A stretch of DNA of 64,000 nt from Alloascoidea hylecoeti (lineage: Eukaryota): contig BCKZ01000014.1 of NCBI GenBank assembly GCA_001600815.1, positions 186,001-250,000 on the forward strand. The letters are read 5' to 3'. The translations under genes and the position numbers were made by a program. Each line of letters starts with the position of its first letter. Within the stretch, counting starts at the first letter, position 1. Below are positions 1 through 12,017 of the stretch, in pieces. The notes under the pieces were generated by a model. The model made no database searches. It saw only the letters and a program-made list of their open reading frames with translations, and was not told the origin of the DNA.

Positions 1-537
1 CTCAAGCCTCTGCAATTCCTTTATCGCCAACACAATCAGATAGTTCAATTAATCCTACTATACAAAAGGAATCAACAAATCTTGTTAATACTTCTCAAAT
101 AGGTTTGGCTGTTGGAATCCCAATAGGTGTAATGAGTTTATTATTATTATCATTTGTTGGATATTTTTATTTTAAAAGTCGAAAAAAGTCATCATCATCA
201 TCATCATCAAATCAAAGTTTTACTGATAATTTTAATGAAAAACGGAAAAGTTTTGATTTTTTAAAATCTTTAGACCTAAATTTAGCAAATAAAACTCTTT
301 ATGATACAAATTCATTATCTGATTTTTCATTAGGTATGGGTACTACAAGTACAGTTGAACCAGCACCTTTAGGTATAAATCGATCGTTAATGGAAACACC
401 TGAAGATATTCAAACTCCTAAGCCTATATACCATAAAAATAGAGGTTTAAGCAGATTAAGTAATATGTTTTCAATGACAAGTAAAGAGATTAATAATTTT
501 ACAAGAGGACTTGAAAATGGTGTAGCAGTAAATGGTG

Positions 538-583
<46 letters not shown>

Positions 584-1244
584 TAATAATAGCTGGCTTA
601 GAAAAATGAAAAAAACAATGGAATTGAAAAATTCTCAAATTCGGTCTCAAAATGACCATCAATTTCAAGACAAAAATGAAATTGAAAGTGAGACAAGTAA
701 CGGTTCGGTGATAGTTGGAAATTTAGAAGAGCTAGAAAAAGGCGCTAAACTTGGAACTGTAAGACAAAATATGGTTAAAATAACCGAACCAAGAAACTCG
801 GTTCATGCTTTCTTTTTGAATAGTAGTAAGAGCAGATTAAGTTCCAATGCGGTTGTTGTTCCTTCGCCTGGCTATAGCACCAGGAGTGAACTTGAGAGTA
901 GTACTAATTATAATAAGAATAATGATGTTAACGTTGAAGAGAGGACTACAAAGGAGACTACCGAAGGTCCTAAAATTGGCTACATGAATCAGATATTGGA
1001 GGAACCAAGATATAAAATCGAGGCTGAAGAGAAGGAGTTGAAACAATTTAAATTACGACCACGTTCGCAGGCATCTTATGATCCGCTGTCGATGGCATCG
1101 CATATCCCCTCTAATTCACTGAAATCTATAGAATCTGCCAAATCAGTGGCATCCTCTAAATCTTTCTCTCACTCTTTACGGGGTCTTGGCTTCTTGACGG
1201 TGGTGACGGTGGTTGAGTCTGCCAATGGTCATGGTCAAGCATAG
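1..1244 (+). CDS. Type I membrane protein, 5'-truncated (Ser/Thr-rich segment, one TM helix, low-complexity cytoplasmic tail)
   Basis: Frame is open from position 3 (QASAIPLSPTQSDSS...) into hydrophobic IGLAVGIPIGVMSLLLLSFVGYFYF followed by basic KSRKK; poly-Asn from an (AAT)n tract. Confidence 0.7.
538..590 (+). repeat. (AAT)n microsatellite encoding poly-Asn
   Basis: Direct reading of ataataataat... tract. Confidence 0.95.
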
Positions 1245-1452
1245 TGTATATTGTTTACAGCTGAACATAAATTAAAGTTTCCGTATTGTTTGTGTTTTGT
1301 TCTATTGATAACCATGTTCAATAATAAATTTTTATCGTGAGTGTAATTCTAAGACCGGCCGTGTATGTACACTGTATAACATTTACCCTTATTTCGACTC
1401 CGTCTCTTTTCCCCTCCATCGAAAAATAGATCCATTCCTGAAAACTGCTAAT

Positions 1453-4065
1453 ATGGTCTACTCACATGAAAATGGTTCTTCAGGTAGCTCTCGCACAACA
1501 ATCCAACAGGCACCGATGGGTGATTCGCTTGGTAAGTCCCTAGAACAGATAGAATCTTTGGACCCTGCGCTTGCTCCTGCTGTTACTCTTCTATCCGTTC
1601 ATAGTAGACGTAAATATCATGGGAATTACTTTAAATTTCTACACGAATTAAAACCAGATGGAAAACCAGCTGATAAAATCTGGAAAGAGGTCTATGGGAA
1701 TTTGATAGGTACTCAACTAGCTATTTATGACGCTTCCAAAGTAGTGGATCTTGGCGCAGGCCAGTTGAAATACTCCGAAAAGCCTATTTATATTAATTTC
1801 ACAGATTCTTCATTTCAACCTTTATCAATTGCAGGTGATAATAATACAATGGTTGTAGCAACAACTCTTAAAAATCGTTATTTATTACAATTTTCAACTT
1901 CTTTAGAATTTAATACTTGGCATTCTATTTTTAGATTATCAACTTTTGAATATACTTCCTTACAAGAGGCTTATACTGCTTCATTATTATCAAGTAAAGG
2001 TGCAAAACTAAATGATATTAGTGTTCTTTTAGCTGAGTCTAAATTCAAACATGAAGAATGGATAAGTGTTAGATTTGGTTCAGGTATGCCATGGAAAAGA
2101 TGTTATGCAGTTGTTAGTCCACCAGAAGGGAAAAGTTCTAAAAAGAAAGGTTTAAAAAAAGGAAAAATTCAATTATATGAAAATCAAAAGAAATCAAAAA
2201 AGGGTTTAATTGCAACTATTGTTGATGCTTCTGCTGCATATGCAATATATCCTGAAGTACCGGTATTAATTGATTCATCAACAATTATAAAAATTGAAGG
2301 TTCGGTTGTTTTTAATATTAAAGAACCATCAACTGATTCATCAATTTTTATTATGCCTGAACAACATCCAGCTGTTATGGGCTATGAAACATTAATTCGT
2401 TTTTTAATTCCAATATTTGATTCGTTTCATTTATATGGAAGACCAAAACATTTAATTGCAAATAAAACTGATATTAATTCATTATTATTTGGATTACCTG
2501 TTCTACCTAAAGCAGAATACCTTGAGCCAAAAGATTTAGATAATATTTCATTTTCTACTACATGTCTAACTTGGAGCCCATTAGAATGGAGAATGCAGAT
2601 TAAATTGATTTTAAAAGATAAGGTTGACAAAGGATACCAAGGCTGTGGAAGTCTTGCTGCTTCATTTGCACAAGAAGATTCATTTCAATCACCACCACCC
2701 GTTTTAACACCTAATCCTAATTCACATGCAGCACCACCTTTAACTCCTTCTTATTTGCCAACTCCTGTAATGGGTGAGAATACACATACAGATGAAACTC
2801 AATCATCTAATTTATCACCAAAACCACAATTTCAAAATCCATCAAATTTATTACCAGCACCACAATCTCAATTACGTCCACAGTATGGTAATGCAAGAAC
2901 TGGTGGCCACTCCCCATTATCTGAAATTTACATGAGTTATAGAAGAAGTGGCGTTAATCAAGGTGATACATCAGATGAAAATGAAGATAATACATCATTA
3001 CACAATACTACAGATACCAATAATGAAAATCCAAAACAGGTGATTCCTCCTATTGTTATTAATGATCATGATACTAACTCATTAAACGAACCAATGCGTG
3101 GTCTAAATATCACAACAGTTCCAGATAATAACGATAATAAAAACATAATTGATGAAGATATTTTTAATCCAACTTATAATATTCATTCAAGATCTATAAA
3201 TGATGAAGATGATGGTGGACTAACTTCTCCAATATCAGATATAGTACCTCATAATAGTGGTTCTACATATCAAACATCTGTTGTTTCTGAGAAAGAGAAA
3301 CTACAAAATTGGCCCTCTAATAATCCTATTGAACAAAATCAAGGACAGAATATTGATGAACCCAATGGAAACATAAATAACATTATCGTTACGAAGGTCG
3401 ATTATCAAAATGGAAGAATCCAAAGCCCTTCAATAGCTAAGAATCCATTTCCTCCTGTAGTTAACAATCACAATCATAACTTAGATCAACAACAACGACG
3501 CCGACCTCCACCTAATCCTTCGCCCGCAGGACAGTACCCACCATCGCACTCACAAGGACGACCACAGGGACCTTCAGTTCCAGGGCAATATCCTCAATCA
3601 CAAGGGCAAGTCATACAAGGAGTACCTCAAGGTTCATCTTCTCAACCACCACCACGGAGACATCCACTTCATCAAGGACATGAAGGTCAAGGCTACCACC
3701 AACCCTTTGACCAAACACAGCAGTATAACCCGCGTTATCCAGGATCACCTCCACAACAACAACAACAACAACAACATCAAAATCCTCGTGTACAACAGCA
3801 ACATCACCACCAGCATCCTCATGTACAACAACTTCATCAAAATCAAAATCAAAATCAAAATCAAAATCAAGATCCAGAATACCAACAACGGCCACATATT
3901 CAACAACGGCAATCATCAAGGCCTCGTCCTTACCCTAATGCTCCTGATGCTGTTCCATATCCTACACAAACACCATTAAGCTCCCAAGGAATGGATGGAA
4001 TGGTTCCAATGGCAAGTCCTAATGGACAAAGAGGTCACAAGACGTATCGTAATATGTTGATTTAA
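1453..4065 (+). CDS. Skg3/Caf120-family PH-domain protein with Gln/Pro-rich C-terminus
   Basis: 870-aa ORF; motifs WKEVYGNLIGTQL, RLSTFEYTSLQEAYTASLL, EEWISVRFGSGMPWKRCYAVV, MPEQHPAVMGYETLIRFLIP, FHLYGRP. Confidence 0.8.
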   Translation: MVYSHENGSSGSSRTTIQQAPMGDSLGKSLEQIESLDPALAPAVTLLSVHSRRKYHGNYFKFLHELKPDGKPADKIWKEVYGNLIGTQLAIYDASKVVDLGAGQLKYSEKPIYINFTDSSFQPLSIAGDNNTMVVATTLKNRYLLQFSTSLEFNTWHSIFRLSTFEYTSLQEAYTASLLSSKGAKLNDISVLLAESKFKHEEWISVRFGSGMPWKRCYAVVSPPEGKSSKKKGLKKGKIQLYENQKKSKKGLIATIVDASAAYAIYPEVPVLIDSSTIIKIEGSVVFNIKEPSTDSSIFIMPEQHPAVMGYETLIRFLIPIFDSFHLYGRPKHLIANKTDINSLLFGLPVLPKAEYLEPKDLDNISFSTTCLTWSPLEWRMQIKLILKDKVDKGYQGCGSLAASFAQEDSFQSPPPVLTPNPNSHAAPPLTPSYLPTPVMGENTHTDETQSSNLSPKPQFQNPSNLLPAPQSQLRPQYGNARTGGHSPLSEIYMSYRRSGVNQGDTSDENEDNTSLHNTTDTNNENPKQVIPPIVINDHDTNSLNEPMRGLNITTVPDNNDNKNIIDEDIFNPTYNIHSRSINDEDDGGLTSPISDIVPHNSGSTYQTSVVSEKEKLQNWPSNNPIEQNQGQNIDEPNGNINNIIVTKVDYQNGRIQSPSIAKNPFPPVVNNHNHNLDQQQRRRPPPNPSPAGQYPPSHSQGRPQGPSVPGQYPQSQGQVIQGVPQGSSSQPPPRRHPLHQGHEGQGYHQPFDQTQQYNPRYPGSPPQQQQQQQHQNPRVQQQHHHQHPHVQQLHQNQNQNQNQNQDPEYQQRPHIQQRQSSRPRPYPNAPDAVPYPTQTPLSSQGMDGMVPMASPNGQRGHKTYRNMLI

Positions 4066-4780
4066 CAAAAAAAAGCTTTATTCTCTTCAAACTCTTAAAA
4101 CTTTTGTATGATTTTTGTTTTCGTTTGAGTTAAATAATGATGAAATGATAAAAGAAATGTTTTATTACATTATTTTATAATATCTTGTTGCTCATTGCAT
4201 TCTTTTTTTTCTTTTTTTTTTCTTTTTTTTTTTTTTTGGTTGTATTTTGAATTTTGAATTTTGAATTTTATTGATGATTTTTTTAAAAAATATTATATGA
4301 TAGCTAGACACTAAAATTTATACGTTAATATACGAATATTATATAGCTCTGTCATTCTTATCATTGATAACATTATTGGTATAAGGTTATAATATTAATG
4401 CTATCTAGCAATTCGATATCTCCAAGATCTTATAATTATGATCTTATAATTATGATCTTATAGGGATTAAATATAAGATAAGATTATCAATTGTAAATAT
4501 TGCACATTTTTAAAGATTAAAGTAAGATAAGATATCAATTTTATGGCTACTGTAGGGTATTAACGTCATAATATTATTTCATGAATAATTCATCTTGAAA
4601 TGGAACGTTAACGGTATTAAAATTGATAAATATTATAATATTAACTACCATCATAATTGGTTAGCATAGTAGAAACTTTTAATCAAATTGTAATATATAA
4701 TATCTAGCGGGTATGGTGAAAAGTAACAAAAAAATAACTACCAGTAGATTCTAGAAATGAAGTGTTGTGATGGTAAGATA

Positions 4781-4829
4781 CAATCATTCCACTCAATAAA
4801 CAGCATGGTCGAAATTAAGTGAAATGATG
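4781..4829. mobile_element. Internally deleted MITE (TA-flanked TIR family)
   Basis: TA|caatcattccactcaat ... atggtcgaaattaagtgaaatgatg|TA; both ends match the TIR seen at 30118, 36165 and 53372. Confidence 0.5.
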
Positions 4830-5284
4830 TATATTAAAACACCGAAATTAAAAGGGTGCACTTCCTGGTACCAGTATTTATAACTAGCTAATAGCTATTG
4901 ATCGGCCGCGGTAAAACAGGCAATACATATAATAGCATATACTTATTATTCCTTGAGAATTCCGTGTCTACATTATCAATGTCTATCATTACACTATTAT
5001 TCTGTATATGAATGTAATGGGTCGGACACATTTACAAACCCATCGTAGATAATTAACCGTCAAGGTACCATGATGCGCATTGACTCTGGAGTCTATGGAT
5101 GACAGACTTCGTCTATACTAGATAGTTAATGTTATGCTTACGGCTGACGAATGCAAACCTTTATTTTTCTATTCTTCTATATACCGGTATTCCATCCATC
5201 CATCCACGAAATCATAAGTCACAATTCAAATTATAGTTACGTATTAGTATATGTAAAGTAACTATAGACACATCAATGCTATAT

Positions 5285-6916
5285 TTACTCTCGATCTTCA
5301 GTTAATCTCAATACTTTAAAAGGAAGTGATTCCACAGTAGGTTTAGTACTAGTATTGACATTACTATCACGATATTTATCCATAAATTCTTGATGAAATT
5401 TAATCCATCTATCAATATATTCTGTTCCTGGTGCTAAAAATGTAGTTCTAAAATGATAAGTACCTTCAACTTGTCCAAATCCACTACCAGGAACAACACA
5501 AATACCCGTATTATTCAATAATTCCATACAATATAATTCATCTGGTTCTTCATTAGATGATTTTGCAGCATTGATTGCTTTTTTAGGTAAATCAATCTTA
5601 GGGAATAAATACATTGCTCCTTGAGGTTCTTGAACCTCAATGCCTTCCATAGATTTGAATGCTTTATATAAAGCCTGTGATCTTACTTTCAATGATTCAT
5701 AGATTGTATTGAATTCAGTTGTATATTGTTCATAGGATTCATCTCCTTTTTTTGGAGGATTGACCATCAATTCAACTAATGCTTGACCTGTAACAACAGG
5801 GCAAAGAGAGATTGAAACTAGTTTGTATAGAACGGCTATAACTGCAGGATCAAATCCAACTAATTCCATATAACCACCTCTTTGACCACATTCACCAGAC
5901 ATACCTTTTGAAACAGAATGTAAAGAAGCTAATTGAACATCATCATATCTACCTGGGAATTGTGATTGTAATTGTCTTAAAATTTTCTTAAACGAGTGAA
6001 ATTTTGCACCAGAAAATACATTTTCTTGATAAACTTCGTCAGCAATAATAATTAAAGAATTTTTTGCAGCAATATCAATAATTCTTGCAATATCATCATG
6101 AGATAAACAAGCACCGGTTGGATTACCAGGATTTATAACAACAACTGCTTTTAAATCAATATTATCAAGTTTTGATTTTGAAATAACAGTTTCAACATAT
6201 GATGGATCAGTTGCCCAACCTTTTGCTTCATCTAAATAATAAGGAACAGGTATGGTGTTAGTTAAAGCCAAAGTTGCAGTATATAAAGGATACTGAGGTA
6301 TTGGGATCATAAATCCAGAGTTTGAAGAGGAAGCCAAAACTGAGATGAGATAAGAAACAGCTTGAGAAGCACCACCAGTTAAGAAGATATCATTTGGAGA
6401 AGCTTCAAATCCATCTCTCTGTGTTATAAATTGAGCAACTGATTTTCTGACGTATGGAACACCTTGTGAATGAGAATAAGCACCAACAGAACCAACGTTT
6501 TCTAATAAGATTTTAGCTCTTTTGATAACATCACTTTTGTATAATTTTTTAACTTCAGCACTTTCAAGCAGATCAGGATTTTGTAACAAGGACAAAACTT
6601 GTCGATAGAAGGATATTGGCTTCTGTTTTAATTGCTGAGGATTTCCAATATTACAGTTAATAATGGAGTTGAAAGGTAAAGAAGATGGGTCAGTTGCTAA
6701 CTGTTCTCGCAGTTCCTCGGCCCTTATTGCTATCGCACCTCTAACAGCATATTTAGCAGCAACGACATGAGCATTTAAATCCTTGACAGATAGCTTTGTT
6801 GTTTTTTGTTGGGAAGCAGGAGAGTTTAAAAAAGAATAAGAATGAGAAACCATTATTTTTTCACAATTTTTACGCGAAGAAATTAAAATAGGAGAAATTG
6901 GGATATTTGATGCCAT
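5285..6916 (-). CDS. ALT1: Alanine aminotransferase, copy A (26-aa C-terminal extension)
   Basis: YAVRG, NIGNPQQL, GAYSHSQGVP, INPGNPTG, ADEVYQ, PLP-lysine motif SLHSVSKG.GECGQRGGY. Confidence 0.93.
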   Translation of the reverse strand: MASNIPISPILISSRKNCEKIMVSHSYSFLNSPASQQKTTKLSVKDLNAHVVAAKYAVRGAIAIRAEELREQLATDPSSLPFNSIINCNIGNPQQLKQKPISFYRQVLSLLQNPDLLESAEVKKLYKSDVIKRAKILLENVGSVGAYSHSQGVPYVRKSVAQFITQRDGFEASPNDIFLTGGASQAVSYLISVLASSSNSGFMIPIPQYPLYTATLALTNTIPVPYYLDEAKGWATDPSYVETVISKSKLDNIDLKAVVVINPGNPTGACLSHDDIARIIDIAAKNSLIIIADEVYQENVFSGAKFHSFKKILRQLQSQFPGRYDDVQLASLHSVSKGMSGECGQRGGYMELVGFDPAVIAVLYKLVSISLCPVVTGQALVELMVNPPKKGDESYEQYTTEFNTIYESLKVRSQALYKAFKSMEGIEVQEPQGAMYLFPKIDLPKKAINAAKSSNEEPDELYCMELLNNTGICVVPGSGFGQVEGTYHFRTTFLAPGTEYIDRWIKFHQEFMDKYRDSNVNTSTKPTVESLPFKVLRLTEDRE

Positions 6917-7316
6917 TTTATAATTTTAATTTTCCTTTTTTTTTTCGATCTTCGAATTCGCTAAATAATGTCATCCGACCTTTTCCTTGAGTTACGCCGG
7001 CATGCTGAAATGTTCACCCAGCCACTTTTGTTTTTCTCCACATTTTACAAGTTTTTATTTTGATCGACTTTTGTCTGCTGAAAAATTAAGTTTACAGATT
7101 TATACCCGCATATTTCGCCTATGCACATTGTAATTGTATAATTTCTGACTTATATAATATACTGTATCATTAAATAATATTATCTCCTTCAATGGAGTCA
7201 ACCTATATAAGCTTCTAAAATACCCCTTGATTGTCTTTTGATTTGACCTCAGTTTGTCGCTATAACCATTCTGACTGCTAAAATTTCATAACTCTCAATA
7301 TTCTTTGCTAAAAAAT

Positions 7317-8816
7317 ATGGTTCAAGTAAAGTTCTCTTCATTGTCCAATTCACGCCCAGCGGATGACCCAAAAAGATTATCTGTCAAGGATTTGAACACT
7401 CATGTTGTCGCTGCAAAGTATGCCGTAAGAGGTAAATTGGCAATAAGAGCTGAAGAGCTTCGTGAACAACTAGTAACTGATCCTGGTTCTTTACCTTTCG
7501 ACTCAATTATTAATTGTAATATCGGAAATCCCCAGCAATTGAAACAGAAACCAATATCCTTTTTTAGAGAAGTTTTGTCCTTGTTACAAAACCCTCAGCT
7601 AATTTTAAACGAAAAGTCTTTGAATCTTATAAAAGAGATTTATAATAAAGATGTTATTGAAAGGGCTTTGAATGTTTTAAAACAAGTTAATTCTGTTGGC
7701 GCTTACTCTCATTCACAAGGTGTTCCATACGTCAGAAAAGCAGTTGCTGAATTTATATCAAAAAGAGATGGATTTGAAGCTTCTCCAAATGATATCTTCT
7801 TAACTGGTGGTGCTTCTCAAGCTGTTTCTTATTTAATATCGTCACTTGTTACATCTCCTGAATCAGGACTTTTAATTCCAATTCCTCAATATCCTTTATA
7901 TACTGCAACTTTAGCATTAACAAATTCAACTGTTGTTCCTTATTATTTAGATGAAGAAAAAGGTTGGGCAACTGATCCAAAACAAATTGAATCAATTATT
8001 GTAAATGAAAAATCAAAAGGAATTGATTTAAAAGCAATTGTTGTTATAAATCCTGGTAATCCGACTGGTGCTTGTTTATCGATTGATAATATTGCTGAAA
8101 TTATTGATATTGCTGCAAGGCATTCATTACTTATAATTGCTGATGAAGTTTATCAAGTTAATGTTTATTATGGTGAATTTCATTCATTTAAAAAAGTTTT
8201 AAGACAAGTTCAATTACAATTCCCTTCAAAATATGATCATGTTCAACTAGCTTCTTTACATTCTGTTTCAAAAGGTGTTTCTGGTGAATGTGGTCAAAGA
8301 GGTGGTTATATGGAATTAGTTGGATTTGATCCTGCAGTTATAGCCGTTCTATACAAACTAGTTTCAATCTCTCTTTGCCCTGTTGTTACGGGTCAAGCAT
8401 TAGTTGAATTAATGGTCAATCCTCCAAAAAAAGGAGATGAATCCTATGAACAATATACAACTGAATTCAATACAATCTATGAATCATTGAAAGTAAGATC
8501 ACAGGCTTTATATAAAGCATTCAAATCTATGGAAGGCATTGAGGTTCAAGAACCTCAAGGAGCAATGTATTTATTCCCTAAGATTGATTTACCTAAAAAA
8601 GCAATCAATGCTGCAAAATCATCTAATGAAGAACCAGATGAATTATATTGTATGGAATTATTGAATAATACGGGTATTTGTGTTGTTCCTGGTAGTGGAT
8701 TTGGACAAGTTGAAGGTACTTATCATTTTAGAACTACATTTTTAGCACCAGGAACAGAGTATATTGATAGATGGATTAAATTCCATGAAGGATTTATGGA
8801 TAAATATCGTGATTAG
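7317..8816 (+). CDS. ALT1: Alanine aminotransferase, copy B (divergently transcribed paralog)
   Basis: Same ALT motifs; first ATG at 7317 (ORF track start 7305 is TTG). Confidence 0.93.
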   Translation: MVQVKFSSLSNSRPADDPKRLSVKDLNTHVVAAKYAVRGKLAIRAEELREQLVTDPGSLPFDSIINCNIGNPQQLKQKPISFFREVLSLLQNPQLILNEKSLNLIKEIYNKDVIERALNVLKQVNSVGAYSHSQGVPYVRKAVAEFISKRDGFEASPNDIFLTGGASQAVSYLISSLVTSPESGLLIPIPQYPLYTATLALTNSTVVPYYLDEEKGWATDPKQIESIIVNEKSKGIDLKAIVVINPGNPTGACLSIDNIAEIIDIAARHSLLIIADEVYQVNVYYGEFHSFKKVLRQVQLQFPSKYDHVQLASLHSVSKGVSGECGQRGGYMELVGFDPAVIAVLYKLVSISLCPVVTGQALVELMVNPPKKGDESYEQYTTEFNTIYESLKVRSQALYKAFKSMEGIEVQEPQGAMYLFPKIDLPKKAINAAKSSNEEPDELYCMELLNNTGICVVPGSGFGQVEGTYHFRTTFLAPGTEYIDRWIKFHEGFMDKYRD

Positions 8817-9049
8817 TTATATATTTCTTAGTGGTATAATTTTTGGTATGTAATGATGTTTAATGATATTTAATGATATTCAATAATGTGAAACAAATTT
8901 ACAAGTTTTTTATTGATTATAATTTTATAATCGGATAACCCTTCTGCTAGATAGATGACGCCGTAGCCGAAGCTTTTGTAAGTTTAGTCTGTTTAGATGA
9001 TGGGTAATTCTCTAATCTGCAGAATTTTGCAGATATGCATATCATCGAT

Positions 9050-9950
9050 ATGAAGTATGCAGGAGATTGGAAGAGCAAATTTCCGATCGCAATTATCCCC
9101 ACGCTTATGCCTTGAATATTTCGTAGCCATATGCCGAGTTAGAAAACCATCCATATAAGCGAATAGAATTCCTGTTAACAGAATGTCGAAGTTTTGGTAA
9201 ATATTCAGTGCAGGCTTGTAAACTATTTGTTTTAAGTAAAAAATTCCTCATGGTTCTACCGTTGTTTTGTTTCTGAAGTCTGAAGTTACAAAAGAGATTA
9301 ATTATTAATTCTTAATATAATTAACAGGAAGTTCTATTTGTTAGTGGGTGCCCCATTGTCCAGTTTTGTTCATCTATATTAGCAATATTCTGAGGATATT
9401 AACGAAAAAAAATTAATTGGCAATAAATATTGAATTCTAGATATTCATGATACTACACTAAGTATATTATAGGGTATTCCTTCTTTTACTTTAAACATTC
9501 TCAATGAATACTTTTCGGGTATTTAACTATTCATATTTCGCATTAAATTTCATATTTTCAATCCTATACATTAACAATGAATGCGGTAATTAATTGGCAA
9601 ATTGTTTGGAAATAAATGAAGTTTAATTTATATCTGAAAATGATTCAGTCAATTCCAGCGATAATATTTAATTAGCGTTACCTAGCAATAAATCTGTACA
9701 AATTTTTGTTATTTAGTTTCAGTTTAAAAGTTGTATTTTCTTCTTCGCAAGTGCGGTTGTTTCACGTATGATTCCTTTTTCTTCGCAGAATGTCCTGTTT
9801 ATATTTGTACTAGATTTGTTATCAGTTTAATGAAGCTTTTCTGTCAAACTGTTATTCGTAACAGACGCAGCAGATTCATTAATATGTTTTTGCTCGATGT
9901 CATATTTTAAAGAGACTAATGTTACAAGAAAATGAATATATGCTCAGGTT
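9050..9950 (-). mobile_element. Decayed Ty1/copia pol remnant (integrase core and following SH3-like segment)
   Basis: Minus-strand fragments QFDRK (9837-9851), TDN...FCEEKGIIRETTA (9752-9826) and KL...FSNSAYGYEIF (~9110-9195), in copia order, broken by stops and frameshifts. Confidence 0.55.
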
Positions 9951-10422
9951 TAAGAATTAGTTAACAAATTTGTGTTATTCTCATGGATAATTAATCGAGT
10001 TTTCTATCTTTATACAGCAGTATAATTTACTAGGTCTAGGGTGAAATTGATTCATTTAATTCAGAAATATAAATAAATAAAAAAAGGTGACTAGTGACTA
10101 CGGGGAAAGTCTATAAGTTTAAGGGTCTCTATTTTGATTTTTTTTTCTGTTTTAATCTGTTTTATTCTGTTTTATTCTGGTAACACCATGATATTCAAAG
10201 GAAGCCTTTATATATATTCCTATAGATAATCTACTTAAATCCATAAAATCTATAATTTCTATGTACCACACACAGTATTGAAGTATAACTATTTATAAAT
10301 TATACCAGTATTCGAGTTTTCCACTTAGTAAGCAGAAATGGTGTATGGGTGTTATGAAGTATCTTCATAAGTTCTGAAGTCTCCGATATATAATTAAACA
10401 GGGACAAAGACAAAAAGAAAAT

Positions 10423-11520
10423 ATGAGTGAATCAAACAGGACATTAAAACAAGAATATAAACATTCAATTAAACTAATAGATGATTTAAACAATTCAAGA
10501 GAAAGACATGATTCCACAATATTTAAAGAAAAATTAAAAGAAACAATTTTATCATTAGAATCATGTGAATTAATGATTTCAAAACTATCATTATTTTCAA
10601 CAAATGAATCATTAACTGATTTAATTACAAATGAAATACCATATATTGGATTAAATTATCATTTAGCCAAAATATATCAATTAATTATTGAACAAAATAA
10701 AAGAATAAATTCAATTTCAAAAACAATTAAATATTATTGTAAATTTTTAAATGATTGTTTTAATTATGGATTATTAAATAAAATATTATCAAAAAATGAA
10801 ATTGAAAAAATTAAAGAAGTTATTAATAATGGTAAAATTACTTACGATATAATTAAAAAAGGTGATGCAATGAAAAGAAGAGAAGATAAAATTAAAAGAT
10901 ATAAAATTGAAAAAGAATTAACAAATAAATTACAATTTTTAAATGAAAAGGAAAAAAAAAATGATTTAGATGATTTAGATGATTTAGATGAAGAAGTTTT
11001 AAGAAATTTATATCTAGAGCAATTACAACTATTTGCAATTAAATCGGTAGGTGATTTAGAATCATCATTAACGGAATTGGAATTATTACAAAGTATGCCT
11101 TCTTTCCCACAACGAGAAGAACCAGCTAGAGACGAAAGAGAAGCTGAAAGAAAAAAGAAAGAGTTAGGATTTACAGAGAATTTAGAATCAACAAAACCTG
11201 ATCCAATCTTATCCTCAACAGGTAAAATATTACGACCATTCACATTAGTTAGTAAAAGAGAAGATGTTAAGAAAAAAGTATACGGATATGGACAATATAT
11301 GCCAACAATGTCAGTTGAAGAATATATCGATGAAGAAATCAAGAGAGGTGGTATTTTACCTGACAGTTCTAATACAGGCACTAATAAAAAGGGTGATGAA
11401 TCCAGCGATGATGAAGATGATTATGAAGCATCAGATCGTAAGACCTATGAGAAGAGAGACTGGGATGAATTTGCAGATTGGAATAAACGTGGCTCTGGAA
11501 ATAGAACAAATATGGGATAA
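10423..11520 (+). CDS. TAP42: PP2A/Sit4-associated protein Tap42 (alpha4)
   Basis: LSLFSTNE, RREDKIKRYK, GKILRPFTL, VYGYGQYMPTMSVEEY, WDEFADWNKRGSGNRTNMG. Confidence 0.93.
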   Translation: MSESNRTLKQEYKHSIKLIDDLNNSRERHDSTIFKEKLKETILSLESCELMISKLSLFSTNESLTDLITNEIPYIGLNYHLAKIYQLIIEQNKRINSISKTIKYYCKFLNDCFNYGLLNKILSKNEIEKIKEVINNGKITYDIIKKGDAMKRREDKIKRYKIEKELTNKLQFLNEKEKKNDLDDLDDLDEEVLRNLYLEQLQLFAIKSVGDLESSLTELELLQSMPSFPQREEPARDEREAERKKKELGFTENLESTKPDPILSSTGKILRPFTLVSKREDVKKKVYGYGQYMPTMSVEEYIDEEIKRGGILPDSSNTGTNKKGDESSDDEDDYEASDRKTYEKRDWDEFADWNKRGSGNRTNMG

Positions 11521-11570
11521 TGTTGATAATTGAAATATATTAAATCAAATTAAATTAAAACTTCACTTCT

Positions 11571-12017
11571 TTATTCATTTTTTAGTACCTCCTCAACTAA
11601 CTTGACTTTATCCCCCATCCAAAAAGCGTATTGTGTGTGTTCTAGAAAAGCAGTTGTAGAATCTATTCTTGGGTGAACCAACACAGACAAAGTTCCATGA
11701 TTTAATTGAAACCACGGTACAATTTTTGAAAATATTTCTGGAGTTTTAAAATCACATTCCCACATTGCGTAAGGATGAGGTCCAAGAGGTTTATCTAAAT
11801 AATCACAATGGTTAATTATAAATCAAATATTTTTGTTTATCAATCAATTCATACCCCATAATTTGTAAACATTAATCTCTCCCGCTTCAATTTCCTTTTT
11901 GAAATCTTGTTGAAGTTTATCCCTTAAAGCCACTGCTTCAGTTCTTGTAGGCTCATGATGTTGAAAATAGTAGGTATGGATATCGTATGATTTAATTGGG
12001 TCGATAAATTTTGACAT
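11571..12017 (-). CDS. DOPA 4,5-dioxygenase-family protein, copy 1 (128 aa; intron 11795-11854)
   Basis: Exon 1 MSKFIDPIKSYDIHTYYF...YKLW, GTATGA...TAG 60-nt intron, exon 2 DKPLGPHPYAMWECDF...VPWFQLNHGTLSVLVHP...EHTQYAFWMG. Confidence 0.85.
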
